From: Minutocellus sp. GHC0000111 | Lineage: Eukaryota | DNA length: 64,000 nucleotides | NCBI GenBank assembly: GCA_977018835.1 | Contig: OZ361257.1 | Span: 3,534,001 to 3,598,000 of the forward strand | Reading direction: 5' to 3' | Shown here: positions 23,459 through 35,314 of the stretch, piece after piece | How the letters are laid out: every line of letters begins with the position of its first letter | Position numbering within the stretch: position 1 is the stretch's first letter | Notes under the pieces: model-generated | Database searches by the model: none | Told to the model about the DNA's origin: nothing | Seen by the model: the letters and a program-made list of their open reading frames with translations, nothing else | Made by a program: the position numbers and the translations under genes

Positions 23459-26400
23459 ATGGTAGAGCGAAAGATGAAGGATCCAACAATAACAACAACC
23501 CAGTCCCCGGCAAATCCGTGGCAGCTGAGATGGAAGAGGCCGGAGCTGCTCGACCCTCATGTCTCCGACGTTGCTGGCGGCAATGGTTGTGATCGGCCAG
23601 CCGGTGCTGCCATTTCCACCGCCTCGGCCAGACTTACCGAAGCCGAGGCATCGGAGTGGTTGCGACGTGACAATATTCCTTCTGCTGACGATGAGACAGC
23701 CAGTCATCGAGAGCAACAGGGTGGAGATTCGGATGCTGTCCTGACGGTAACGATATTGACTAGCCATCATCTCGCGAGCAATGAGTTGGATCAGCAGCAA
23801 CAGCGCCCTCCAGCTGTCGGAGATGCGGTATTGTTGGAGGTGACAACCATCTGTGATGACGCATCTGATGCGCAATCGTCACATACCGATACTTGTGCAA
23901 CAAAAGATAGCCATGGCAATGCGAAGGTATTGCATTCCAAATTATTGCATTGGCCGAGCTCTGCCTTGGGAGGCATCGAGGCGGTAGGTGTTCGAACGAC
24001 TAGTAGAGGCGGCGGTGCCGGAAGTCACAAAAAGAGAAAGCAGAAGAGACGATACGTCAAGCAGGAGCGTGGCGTCCAATCCGTGGCGCTTTGCAGACGA
24101 ACGCGTCCTCTGTCCGGCGAGGGCAGCACTGCTGGTGGAAGCACTGTTGGTGGCAGCAGCATAGGTGGCGGCGATGATGTCACCTTCAGTACCCTCCAGA
24201 CCACGGCTAGCACATATGAACAAATGTCGGATGCTCTCGATACTCTCAGTTTACTCACAATGGTAGTTGGAGACAGACCATCGGCTGCTCGGTCTCGAGG
24301 AGCTATGGACCTGGCATCGTTACAGGCGCAGACAGAAGCCACTGGTATCGGCGATGGTCACAGTCATGCAACAAACGAAGAATCGGCAAATTCGGTAGAG
24401 ATTGATACTAATGGGCATTTGGAAGGAGCTGCTCCTGAAGCAGCAAAGGAACTCGTGGTTTGTTTCCTTTCTGATAGCGGTGCGGTCCATTTCTTTGACC
24501 CTTGGAAATTATTATTTGACAGTGATGCGGCAAAGAACAAGCAGAAGAGATCGGTCGGGATAAATGATGATCAGAGTTTCGCATCACTGCTGTTTGGCGG
24601 CGACTTATTATCAAAGATCGATACAAAGATCGCCCCTCTTTCGAAGCCTGCACACACTGTGCTAATTTCTCAATTTGAACACATGCCAAGCATCCTCGAA
24701 GAAGAAGAGGGGGCGTCAGGTGATCAAGATATGCCGGCACTGGCATCCGAATTCAAAGCCCTCTCTCTCTTTGACTGCACAATAGAGGCGTCCACTTTTC
24801 ACAACGTCACTGTCCGTAACAGACCCACGACATGCAGTACGGCATTTGGCTATGCTGCGATTGCAGGGAGAGGTACGCGAAGAATTGGACAGAAAAAGTT
24901 GCGGCCTATCAACAACAAGGGGACTGTGGATCCATCACTTCAGGGGGATGCAGTACCAGTCAGTGATGGCGGTGAGGGGGGAAATCCTTTTAATAGTGAT
25001 GGCGCGCAGAAGAAGGAAATATGGGAATGGAATTATGACTATGTTCCAGGTGGTTTTGTCACGTTTATATCTTTGGATCACTATGCTGTGTCGAGAACTA
25101 TCTTCCTATCCTTTGAGCCCAAGTCATTGCACCCCATACTCTGGCATGGTACTCAATTTATTGTCGTGCTTGGAGAGGATGATCAATCGAAGGACGACGG
25201 TGCTGTCGCACTGCCCAACGCCGTGGCAATCTGCTTAGATTCTCGTCAACAAACTCGTCTCGCTGAGAAGGGTCCTACGCCATTTCGACGTTTCGTTCCA
25301 TTTGCTATTGACTTATCAAATACAGCTCCTACCGAAAGAGAGAGCGAGAGGCTTGCATTCCCCACTGCAATCTCTGTTACATCTATGTTCACCTCACCTC
25401 CGTCCATAATTTCAGCTGCACCGAGAAAAGATGGTAGTGCCCTGATACTGTATCTACATACCATTACAGGAATTGATTTTGCTGCGAATTACCCGGTCCA
25501 ATCTCAAGCGTTTGGTAGACAATTCGCTATCATACCTCTTTCAACGTCTTCAGGAAAGGCAGGGCCGGAGCTTTGGTGCATTAGTGGCCAGGGCTGGTCT
25601 TTATTGTGCATTGGAGAGGCCGGTGCTTTCTGTGTTGCATACTTCATTACATGGGAGGGCGCAACCACCCATTCCGGTGCTCATGTTATGAAAATGGGTA
25701 GATTTCCGATCAATTCTCCATCGGGCATTGTATCGAGCAATGTTCTGCCTACCACTAATTCTCAACGTGGCAGAAGAAATCTTTTCGTTGATGGAACGGA
25801 ATCATTGTCGGGTGCGCACATGACGCCCAACACACCAGTGGAAACGGCATTGAAAGACCACACGACCATTGAAAACACAACCGCGGCAGTGCTGAACTGC
25901 ACTGAACTTGACATCGGTACAAATCAAGTGGCGATGTTACATGAGCAATATCTTCTGGCAAACATTCGTTTCGGATCAGTTTCCACCGATGAAAATACTT
26001 TGTACCTTGCATTGAGGAAGCTTGCCGTCAAACATGGTCTAGAGACCACTCCCTGTAACTATGTTTTGTCATGGCTATCTCGAGGAAGTGACGACGATGG
26101 TGTCGATTACTACACTGCAGCATCTATTGCACTTACTTTGCTGCAAGAAGGAGATGCTGTTAGAGATCTATCGTCTTGGGGTGCCATTCAGGGTAATGGC
26201 GTTGGTGAAGGCGAAAGGATATGTCTCGAGGGCATGCTCGATGGCATTGTCTCAGCAGGGGAGAAGACCAAAGATTATGCACACTCCTTTTCTATTGAAT
26301 CGCTCGCTGATATGGCCATTGCGTGTATGATCATGGGTGGTGCGGGTATGTCCACTGCTCTGGAGGGATTCTTGGGTCGCAATAGGGATTACGATGCGTC

Positions 26401-27982
26401 TCGTGCGTGCTTGATGCTTGCAGCGACGGCATCAAGCTCCATCAATTTATACAATGACAAAGAAATTACCAAGAGTCTGTGGCCGATTACATGTCTTCTC
26501 AAAATTGGGGTGGCGAGGGAATGTATGCCGACCGCACTAGGCCTGCTCAATACATCCATTCCCGATGCGCTTAGAGGTAGGGCATCAAAAGGTTCTGGAG
26601 ACAAGGGAGTAGACGACGACACCTCCTCTGAACCCGTCCTGCTTTTTTCCAGAGCTATCATTGCCATGATTCTTGGATCGGCTACTCCTCTTTCAGTGGG
26701 TTGTCTCCTTGATCTTTCGGAGACTCCGAAGGAAGATGGAGATGGAATGGGATCAACGCGATACTGGCAAAGCCTAGACCACAACACTCGAATGGCGTTC
26801 AGCACCATTGCCATTGAAAAGAGTCGGTATCCTCTTTTGAGAGAGACTGAAGTCCGGTCATGGGCTCTTGATCAAGTTTCTACCTACTTTGAATCATCGT
26901 TGGTGCAGAGGGACGATCCAGCGCACTCCAGTCCGATCAAGAAGGAAGATGCATCATTGTCGAGTGAGTGGATAATGAGAATATGTCTAGCGATATTATC
27001 GAATGCTGGCTATTCCATTGAAGCTTCGAGTGCTGCATCTACTGTTTCTGACGTAGTTGTTACAAATGGAAAAATATTGTCAAGTCACGAGGTCGATGAT
27101 GCTACATGTAGGCTAGTTGAGACACCTTCCTCCAGCGCTGATACGCCAAACCCCAATTTAGGGGGTATTGATTACAACTTATTGATCCTTGCCTTGCTGT
27201 CTCTAGATGAACAACCACTGAGATTAAGTGGTGATGGTACTGAATTCTTGGCGCACAAAGTGCTCGTGCATGTTTGTAATCTCGCTGGGTTACGTTCAAA
27301 TCAAGAGCCAGACTTTGCTTTTGATGCTGCAACAGCAATCAAGCAATGTGCACGAGCGGAAAATGTTCCTGCCGTTGCGGCATTGATTGGTGGTGTCGAT
27401 GGTTTCGTCCTCAAGACCGCAAATTTCCTCATCCAATCGATCAACGTTAGCATGAAGCAAGCTGAGTTACTCCTCAGAGAAGGTATATTTAGTGGCGAGG
27501 CCCTAGAAAGCACTTCTGAGGCCAGCTTAAAATTCACCCTGACTCATGGTCACAAACAGATTGTATCCCTTTTTCACGAGCATGTACTCTCGGTGAAATC
27601 TCTGGGCCAAATTGATTGTAATCCTGTGAAAGGTCGAATCGATCCTGTCTTTGCTGCAAGAGTACTCCTTCGTGCGTGGCAGGCATTGCAGCAGAAGCAA
27701 GCAGAGGAAAGTAGTATTGGTCCATCTTGGCTAGAAACCTGGTTGCGGACGAGATTGGGCATGGATAGTGATGATGGTCGTGAAAGTACGCAAGATGAAA
27801 GGGCCTTGTCTTGTATGAACCGAACAGCATGCGCTGCCGTATTATCGCGAGCTCTGTTGTGGCCTGACGAAACGCTTGCCCAAGCTCTTGGTTTTACTTC
27901 CCGCTTCTTGACCGCACTTTCCCAATTGTGTTGCGGTGTCGTAGAGTCAGTACCTCCAGCGGTTCTACTCGAACAGCAGTAA
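23459..27982 (+). CDS. Large hypothetical protein (1507 aa)
   Basis: Uninterrupted 4.5-kb ATG-initiated ORF; beta-rich N-half and helical C-half; family not recognised. Confidence 0.82.
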   Translation: MVERKMKDPTITTTQSPANPWQLRWKRPELLDPHVSDVAGGNGCDRPAGAAISTASARLTEAEASEWLRRDNIPSADDETASHREQQGGDSDAVLTVTILTSHHLASNELDQQQQRPPAVGDAVLLEVTTICDDASDAQSSHTDTCATKDSHGNAKVLHSKLLHWPSSALGGIEAVGVRTTSRGGGAGSHKKRKQKRRYVKQERGVQSVALCRRTRPLSGEGSTAGGSTVGGSSIGGGDDVTFSTLQTTASTYEQMSDALDTLSLLTMVVGDRPSAARSRGAMDLASLQAQTEATGIGDGHSHATNEESANSVEIDTNGHLEGAAPEAAKELVVCFLSDSGAVHFFDPWKLLFDSDAAKNKQKRSVGINDDQSFASLLFGGDLLSKIDTKIAPLSKPAHTVLISQFEHMPSILEEEEGASGDQDMPALASEFKALSLFDCTIEASTFHNVTVRNRPTTCSTAFGYAAIAGRGTRRIGQKKLRPINNKGTVDPSLQGDAVPVSDGGEGGNPFNSDGAQKKEIWEWNYDYVPGGFVTFISLDHYAVSRTIFLSFEPKSLHPILWHGTQFIVVLGEDDQSKDDGAVALPNAVAICLDSRQQTRLAEKGPTPFRRFVPFAIDLSNTAPTERESERLAFPTAISVTSMFTSPPSIISAAPRKDGSALILYLHTITGIDFAANYPVQSQAFGRQFAIIPLSTSSGKAGPELWCISGQGWSLLCIGEAGAFCVAYFITWEGATTHSGAHVMKMGRFPINSPSGIVSSNVLPTTNSQRGRRNLFVDGTESLSGAHMTPNTPVETALKDHTTIENTTAAVLNCTELDIGTNQVAMLHEQYLLANIRFGSVSTDENTLYLALRKLAVKHGLETTPCNYVLSWLSRGSDDDGVDYYTAASIALTLLQEGDAVRDLSSWGAIQGNGVGEGERICLEGMLDGIVSAGEKTKDYAHSFSIESLADMAIACMIMGGAGMSTALEGFLGRNRDYDASRACLMLAATASSSINLYNDKEITKSLWPITCLLKIGVARECMPTALGLLNTSIPDALRGRASKGSGDKGVDDDTSSEPVLLFSRAIIAMILGSATPLSVGCLLDLSETPKEDGDGMGSTRYWQSLDHNTRMAFSTIAIEKSRYPLLRETEVRSWALDQVSTYFESSLVQRDDPAHSSPIKKEDASLSSEWIMRICLAILSNAGYSIEASSAASTVSDVVVTNGKILSSHEVDDATCRLVETPSSSADTPNPNLGGIDYNLLILALLSLDEQPLRLSGDGTEFLAHKVLVHVCNLAGLRSNQEPDFAFDAATAIKQCARAENVPAVAALIGGVDGFVLKTANFLIQSINVSMKQAELLLREGIFSGEALESTSEASLKFTLTHGHKQIVSLFHEHVLSVKSLGQIDCNPVKGRIDPVFAARVLLRAWQALQQKQAEESSIGPSWLETWLRTRLGMDSDDGRESTQDERALSCMNRTACAAVLSRALLWPDETLAQALGFTSRFLTALSQLCCGVVESVPPAVLLEQQ

Positions 27983-28109
27983 AGTATTTTCTTCTCAAGC
28001 TTAGGAATAACGGAAGTGTCTTTTTACTACAAACATAGATGCCTACTACATTCCTAGTCTAGTAGCCAGGAACCTCTACGTAGCTGCGACCTGGTAGTAT
28101 TGGAGTGAT

Positions 28110-30623
28110 CTACTCTTCATCCTTCGGTCCAATTATCCTATCAAGTTCCTCTTCCGACATTTGTGCGATTTGCTCTGGAGAATATCTTGTCAAAAAAGTA
28201 TCCTTTGCTTTGCGTCTCGTGTTTACCACTTTCGATCGTTGTAGTTCCATCTCTTTGTCCTTAGCGGCCAGAGCTTCTTCGAACTTGGCTCGTTCCTTCT
28301 TCAAACGTTTTGCTGTGATTCGCTTTTGCTTGATTCTTTCAGCATTAGCAGTCTTCTCCCTCGCAATTTGTTCCGCCTCAGCTCGTTCGGCTTCAATTCT
28401 CTTGGCCATCTTTTCTGCTTCCTCCGCTCGTACCCTTTCAATCTCCTTCTCTTTATCCTCCAAATATTTGGCTTGTAATTCCGCCTCCGTTTGAGCTACC
28501 TCAAGCCGAACTCGTTCCTCTAGCTCGGCCTTCATCCTATCCATGTCGCCCACCATTTTGGGTTTTGATTCGCTGTAGTCGGCATCATCGTACGTTTCGT
28601 ACTCAAATTCGTATTCGTAGACAGAATCTTCTTCATTCTCTGGCTCGTCAGGGAAGATATTGCCACCGTGTAAGGTGCATGGAGATTGTTGATGGGATTT
28701 AATTCCACTTTCGCGAGCCTCGAGGCCGTCATGCTGTCCAACCAATGCTTCGTTTTCATTCCCAAAGTATCCGTCGTCGCAGTTCTCTGATATATCTTCA
28801 AGAGCAGAAAGAACGTCATCATCTATATAGTCACTCTCAAAGGTGGAATCTACTTCCGGAAAGTCATCTCTTGCCAGCTGCTTCGTTGTTTCAGGCTCAT
28901 TCGAATTTACATGGGAGATGACTGGTTCATCCACAACGATTTTCCGCAATTCTTCACGGACCAGATCTCTAAGAAAATCGACATCTACTCCCGATACTTG
29001 TGGGGCATATGTCTTACCCTCAATCTTCCTTGCCGTATCTTCCGTTCCATCCCGATCATCGTCTGCGTTCTCATCTGAGCTACTCATGCCTTCCTCATCT
29101 GAGTCGGAACCATCAATCTGATCCGGGGCCTCGGCTGTAGCAAAGTAAATGCTAGATATCTTCCTGGTATAGTCAACTAACGATGGACTGGTATCTACAC
29201 TCTGATCCCGAGGTGTATTCAAATAATTTTGTTTTGGTGGGGGTGGCGGAGGTGGTGGTGGCAACGACTCATCAGGAAATGGATAATGTGGAAAATCACT
29301 CCTACGATCTTGAGCCTCGTACTGATTCCAATGCTGTTCCCCTAGTCTTTCGTCCAGCTGTCGTTTCTGTGCATAAGGAAGCTCACCACGGGCCAACGGC
29401 AGATCTGGTGGAGGCACAAATGAGTCGATCACATCATCTGCTTTCTCTGTACGATTGATTGGTCCATCCGCATCGAAAGGGGAATCATCTTTAAGCCTCT
29501 TCTTGTCTTCTGCTTTCGTCCCAGCATCGCTTTCCCTCCTTTCGTCTGATTTGCTACGACCAAATAGACCACCCAAGAACATCGTTCGTCGTCTAGCAGG
29601 CATTGAGCGCTTACTAGTACCTATCTCGTTCTCGTCTGAATGCAGATCAACCTCCTCAAGGGAGTTTCGTCCTTTTTCGATTACATGAACTTCCCGTGGT
29701 TCCTTTCCTCGCTGCGGTTCCATCTCTCGCCTAAGGTCTGACGGTGATGCGCTCATACCGTCATTTTCACGATTCGGTCTATCTGCAACATTCTCCCTTT
29801 GATCATTCCACTTTCCCATCGGCTCATCTTGGTGTGGCTGACAATCGTCAATGTTGCCATCATTTCTATTCCACCTGGGATCAAAATTTCGACGAGCTTG
29901 TGAATCACTACTAGGATATTCTGGCCGCATTGTTGTTCCCGTCGATACAATAGGTGGCGGCGGTGGAAGAATTGGTGGCAGTGGCGGTGGTGCTGGATAG
30001 GGCTCAATGCTTCTAGTAATAGTAGTATCTCTCAACTCCTCTCTTGGCTGCTGTGGCGGCAATGGAGGTGGCAACGGCGGTCTCGCAACACGCTCTAATT
30101 CCGTTGGTAAGGGCGGAGGCGGGGGGATATTGGACCCATCACTCCACTTGTAAGGTGACTGGCCTACTTGCTGTAGCTCAACTGATTGCGGTGGCGTTTG
30201 CTGCCATGTCGTCCGTGGTAAATCGTCCGCCGTGCTGTGAGGCAACGGTGGAGGCGGAGGCGGAGGAGGGATGACGTGTTGGTCAATGGCAGTTGCGGCA
30301 CCAGTCCTGGCCACCGAAGACTCCTGAGTACCACCTCGTAAGTTTATCACACATTTCACACCCAAACCTTGGCAGTATAGACCTGGTGGAGGGCGTATCC
30401 GCCGGCGCCAGGCATCGGCAGTTGCCCTTGTTGCGTCCGCCGATGAACGCTCGTAATCGGCACGTGATGTCGTGGGTGGAAAACGATTGGTGTGAGGTGC
30501 TGCAGTCCCCTCGTTTCCAACCACGGTCGAGGCCACGAAAAGAGCTGATACTGTTGCTGACCTTGCCCTGCTCGGCCTGAGACGTCTTCGTTCCGGCCAC
30601 AGCCGTTCGGGTGCCGATGTCAT
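28110..30623 (-). CDS. Proline-rich/acidic protein with C-terminal coiled coil
   Basis: 837-aa ORF with poly-Pro runs, an LRGG motif near the N-terminus and a charged E/K/R helix at the end. Confidence 0.78.
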   Translation of the reverse strand: MTSAPERLWPERRRLRPSRARSATVSALFVASTVVGNEGTAAPHTNRFPPTTSRADYERSSADATRATADAWRRRIRPPPGLYCQGLGVKCVINLRGGTQESSVARTGAATAIDQHVIPPPPPPPPLPHSTADDLPRTTWQQTPPQSVELQQVGQSPYKWSDGSNIPPPPPLPTELERVARPPLPPPLPPQQPREELRDTTITRSIEPYPAPPPLPPILPPPPPIVSTGTTMRPEYPSSDSQARRNFDPRWNRNDGNIDDCQPHQDEPMGKWNDQRENVADRPNRENDGMSASPSDLRREMEPQRGKEPREVHVIEKGRNSLEEVDLHSDENEIGTSKRSMPARRRTMFLGGLFGRSKSDERRESDAGTKAEDKKRLKDDSPFDADGPINRTEKADDVIDSFVPPPDLPLARGELPYAQKRQLDERLGEQHWNQYEAQDRRSDFPHYPFPDESLPPPPPPPPPKQNYLNTPRDQSVDTSPSLVDYTRKISSIYFATAEAPDQIDGSDSDEEGMSSSDENADDDRDGTEDTARKIEGKTYAPQVSGVDVDFLRDLVREELRKIVVDEPVISHVNSNEPETTKQLARDDFPEVDSTFESDYIDDDVLSALEDISENCDDGYFGNENEALVGQHDGLEARESGIKSHQQSPCTLHGGNIFPDEPENEEDSVYEYEFEYETYDDADYSESKPKMVGDMDRMKAELEERVRLEVAQTEAELQAKYLEDKEKEIERVRAEEAEKMAKRIEAERAEAEQIAREKTANAERIKQKRITAKRLKKERAKFEEALAAKDKEMELQRSKVVNTRRKAKDTFLTRYSPEQIAQMSEEELDRIIGPKDEE

Positions 30624-31323
30624 CGTTGGAAAATGAGCCGCCCAACATACCTACGAAGGTACACAATACAGGGCTGGGATGAAAAGTTTCTGACGACGAG
30701 CGAGAGGGAACATCGAGGAACACTCCGCCAATAAGCCTTACAATTGCCCCATACAGAGTTGACGCGCAACGGCGTCAGATGGAAGGTCCAAAGAGGCATT
30801 GGGGGAAATTCGGGGGAACAATGGTCCCTGTACGTCTATGCGAAATGTTGGCGCATACCTACTAGCTAGGTAACACCAAAGCAATGGCGCAAAACACCAA
30901 AGCAAATGCGTAACATGCTGGTTCTGGGAAAAATTGCCCGGTGAAATTATTCGATGCCTACCCTGAGATGTCAGGGATTTTGTTTGGAGCTCAAATCTGC
31001 CGCCATCATCGATGAGTGGCAAATTAAGATACTGCTAGTAAAGCCGCTAACAATACATCAATGCCCCTATTCATAGTAACCAATGTCCCTATTACTTGTT
31101 ACTAGTAGTCACTATGGGAGAGGGCCCTGACAACGAGCAGTATCTTAAATTGATCAGTATCTTAAAAAGCCATCTACTCTAGTGGTAGGTTGATGAGATT
31201 AGGCACATGTAACTAATGTAGCGTGTAGCCCTACATGTAGAGCTAGCAAGCGACGTGCTACATGTAGCTACGCAGTACCGATAGCATCATTCCATTCCCT
31301 CTTGAGTTGGTCCAGCTTTAGGT

Positions 31324-31985
31324 GAGCCGCTCGACCCAAAAACTGGACATTCGTCTTTCCGTCGTCCGTGTTTCCAACGCGGAGAAGTACGGGAAAAGTC
31401 GCAATTTCCTGCCGGACCAACTTTTCCCCCTGAAATATGGCAAAAAGACTTGATCGAGCCGGCCTGCCTCGCTTACGTCCCCACTCTAGCACATTCAAGG
31501 TTGGGGACATCGAAAATTCCGCACACAGGCTGAGCTATCGAGGGGGAAAAATCACGCACAAAAAACGATGACGACGCACGAAAATTTGCTCTCATTGGCG
31601 GCCGATTCGGGGGCGGATACGAACAAAAACCACAACAATCAACCATACAAACATTTTCATACATATCTTGGGCGTGTGTCTCTGCATTTCTGGGTGGATT
31701 GGGCGGCTGTGGCTCTCACGGTATCACTTCTCATCCGCGGCCCTTTTTCGCGTACTCGAACACAGGTTGATTGTTTTGATTTATATTTTCTCATACAATA
31801 GCATGCCAATCAAGCTGAAACTTTCGCATGCGTAGCGCAATGGTATCGGCCAGCCTCGGGAATGCCCATATCTTACCTTGCAAATGTGTAGCGGCCAGGA
31901 GCGGGGGTCACCATGATGAGCTTCGTTCGGGAGAAAAAATGGACGGACGTCGGTCTTTCCGTCGTCCGACAACGCGAGCGAAGTT
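31324..31985. repeat. Degenerate direct repeat pair, possible mobile-element remnant
   Basis: GTCTTTCCGTCGTCCG at 31353-31368 and 31953-31968, with weaker similarity in the flanks. Confidence 0.45.
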
Positions 31986-32584
31986 AGCAAAATCTCCAAT
32001 GTCCTGAAGTGCCTCACCTAAAATGGGGGACCAACTCAGGCATCCCTTAGCCCTTTCAAAGCCTCCTCTGCAGCTTTGTGTTGCGCTTCGGCCTCAACCA
32101 GCAGCACATCCAAATTCTCCTCGGTCGATCCACCAGAATTGGCGGTGCCGGTAGCAGAAACACCGACACTGGCAGGATTGCCAGATTCTTCACTCTGTTG
32201 CCGCCGCGCTTCCATCCACCACCATGATGGACACTCGGCGATGCCCCCAGCTTCGACATGTTGTCATCACCAGGACGAGCAGCGATACCAGCATTGTCCT
32301 CGACCGTCGGCTCAGGGCTGGCATCGGCGTTATTGGATGACGAATTGCGCCGAGCAATTTGAATTTGAGAAATCGGCACATCTTGTGCTGGATCAGGACC
32401 GGTCTGGCTCGGACAGCACAGCTCCTCCTCTCGGGCTTGCTCCACAACATCCTGCTGTTTCTGAAGTGAGAGGCACGCCAAAAATCCGAGATGGCCGAGA
32501 TGCGCCGACGAAGAGATGCGGACCGGGGCCGGAAGCAGAAGGCAGCAGGAGCAGAACGGCGTAAGAGGCTGATGAGAGCCAACC

Positions 32585-34218
32585 ATGGTTTCCGAGAAGC
32601 GGGCGCACAATGCCATCCCTCCTTTTGTAGTGAAAGCCACTACAATTGCGTCGCTCGGAGGCCTTCTCTTTGGTCTCGACCTGGGATGCATCAGCGGTGC
32701 CCTTCCACAAATCGTCAATGCCTTTGACCTCACAGAACGACAATCGGAACTTGTGGTGTCATTCCTCTACATTGGTGGGGGGCTTGGAGCTGCCATCGGC
32801 GGGTCGCTCTGCGATGCAGCCGGGAGAAAGGCCGCTATTTTGGTGACCGACGTCGTGTTTCTTCTTGGTGCAGTCATTTTGTACTTCTCTCCGAGCCTGG
32901 CAGTTGCATTACTTGGGAGGACAGTCATGGGGTTTGGAGTTGCGGTATCGGCCATTGCCGATGTGTCATGTTTGCACGAGATTTCTCCGCCGGAATGGCG
33001 CGGGTCGATTGTGAGTGTCAATGAAGCATGTGTCAGTTTGGGCTTCCTCTTGGCGTACATCCTTGGTTACTTGGTAACAGCTTCAGATCCTGTAGATGGG
33101 TGGAGAACAATCTTTGGCTCATCCGGATCCATTGCCATAATTCAATTCATTGGGATGCTAGCGATGCCTGAGAGTCCAGTGTGGTACAAGAACAAGGCAG
33201 AAAAGATGAAGCTGATGAAGCACTCAGGGCAATAAATGGCGGCAATGGTTGGATAAGAGGTGGAAGTGGAAGTGCCTTTGTTGATGAAGATTGCCCCAGC
33301 GATGTAGTCAACCCATCCACTACTACATCGTATGCTTCTATCGATGATTCGCATCCTCAGAACAGTTCTTCGGGGATCGAAGGTCGCGCCTCGGCATCAA
33401 GAATAGCCCAAAGGTGGAAAGATACAATCGAAAGTGTCAGGCAATTCGGCAAAGAAATGTACGAACACCGCCGACAGGTGACTCTTGCAGTATTTTTGGC
33501 CGTGGCACAGCAATTTTGCGGCCATGCGAACATTCTGAATTACGCGCCTGAGATTGTGCGCCAGATTGGTTTCGATTCGGCAACCCACACGCTCGGCTTC
33601 ACCATTATCATTGGTACGATCAAATTTGTGATTACATGCTTCGTTATCTGGCGCATTGAGTTCCTTGGACGTCGCTCGTTGCTGCTCGGTGGATTGATAA
33701 CGATCGCCGTATCAACACTCATGCTGAGCATCACCTTTTGGGATCAGGAACAGCATGGCCAGAACGAGTACATGGGTGCAGTCAGCGCCGCCATTGCTCT
33801 TGTCGGTATGGTCGGAGTTGCTGCTGGTTACGCAGCCTCCTTTGCACCACTTACTTGGTTGCTGATTAGTGAACTCTTTCATACCAAATTTCGCGGCAGA
33901 GCCCTTGGCTCGTCAACAATTATCACGTACCTTTCGGCGGCACTGGTGTCGTTCTTTTCCCTTTCCGTTCAGAAGCAGCTTGGCCCATCGGTTCCATTTT
34001 CAATATATTTTGTTGTATCTGTAGCATCGACAATATTTGCAGCACTTGCAGTACCAGATACTGGTGGGAAGGACCCAGATGAAATCGAGGTGGATATGAA
34101 AACGATGCGATTTTGGAGATGGATTCATGGAGAGAGTTCGCTATGGGGTAGATCAGCAAGTCAAACAAATCTCATGGGTCGAACAAGCGCCAGCGGCAAA
34201 CAATTGCAGCTGGTATAA
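32585..34218 (+). CDS. MFS sugar porter family transporter, frameshifted at ~33186
   Basis: SLGGLLFGLDLGCISGA, D..GRK, EISP...RG, MPESPVW, QQFCG.ANILNYAP, GRR.LLL, W.LISELF...RGRA, VPDTGG. One base is missing after TGG (PESPVW[L]QEQG). Confidence 0.9.
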
Positions 34219-34284
34219 ATATAAATAGATTATAGAAGTGAGTGCTACGAGTGTGTCTATTCCACCACTGACGTAGCTGCATGC

Positions 34285-34929
34285 TTAGAAGAAATCATCC
34301 TCGTACTCTTCTGCTGCTGTCGAATCTGCCGTAGCCTTGGTCTCAGCATTGCTTGTCATCATGTCACCTTTCATGATCCTATCATAGGACATCTCCTCCT
34401 TCTTCTTTTTCGCTTCAAGTGCCGCCGCCTTCCGCGCATTGTCTTCGGCTCGCTTCTTCTCCTTCTTCTCTCGGATTACCTCCCTCTCCCGATCTTGCTG
34501 CTCCCTGTACAGATCGGGAAAACGTTCCTCCTTCGTCTTGTTGAGGGCGTTCACAACGACGTTATTTTTTACAGCTTTCATTTCCCGCACATTTTGTGGT
34601 CGATGATATGTCACCTGCCCGGGGACCATGTCCGCGGTTTTCTTGAGATTCTTCCAACGCGTGTAGACAATCGTCACCTCCTTCATCTTGCACCCCTGAA
34701 TCGAATTGGCCTTGCAAAGGGTCGCACAATCCTCCCGGCAGTCGTCGGTGATGTCGTCCATCGTCTGATTTGGCTTCAGGCGCAAATACACATGTGCCGA
34801 CGAAAGGTCCTTTAAATGGAACCACACGTCAGTATCCAAGCCATACTTGATGAGCTCATCGTTCTCAAATTGGTCTTTACCCATGTAGATGGTGTAGTTT
34901 CCGCATCGGCTTTTGAAGAAGAACACCAT
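34285..34929 (-). CDS. CCDC25: CCDC25 / NFACT-R RNA-binding domain protein
   Basis: MVFFF...IYMGKDQFENDELIKYG..DVWFH..LSSAHVYLR...KANSIQGCK...YTRWKNLKKT; C-terminal EDDFF. Confidence 0.93.
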   Translation of the reverse strand: MVFFFKSRCGNYTIYMGKDQFENDELIKYGLDTDVWFHLKDLSSAHVYLRLKPNQTMDDITDDCREDCATLCKANSIQGCKMKEVTIVYTRWKNLKKTADMVPGQVTYHRPQNVREMKAVKNNVVVNALNKTKEERFPDLYREQQDREREVIREKKEKKRAEDNARKAAALEAKKKKEEMSYDRIMKGDMMTSNAETKATADSTAAEEYEDDFF

Positions 34930-35314
34930 GGTCGGTCGCCACAGCTGCTGGTCCTCAACTCGAGAGCAATTGGACACCTAACTCAAAACGCAGTTGACAA
35001 CGCGTATAACGCACGCGTCTCTCAGTCGGCCCCCTACCGTAATGCAATTGTGGCAGTGGCTGGCAATCTGGCGCCCATTGGCAATTTGCAGCAAAACCGA
35101 CCACCGCATGGGTTTTGAGGCGACATACAGGGAATGTTAAAGGTTTGGGAGTGGCCGGCACTTTCGAACATCCATTTTCCTTACTAGTCTAGAGTAGCCT
35201 TGCCTTGCCTTTCATTTTTCGTCGTTGCGTTGATGACATGAATGGACCTACGTAATGTGCTTCTTTTTCGCAGCATGATGAATCGATGAATCTCCAAACC
35301 GTAGCAGATCCATA

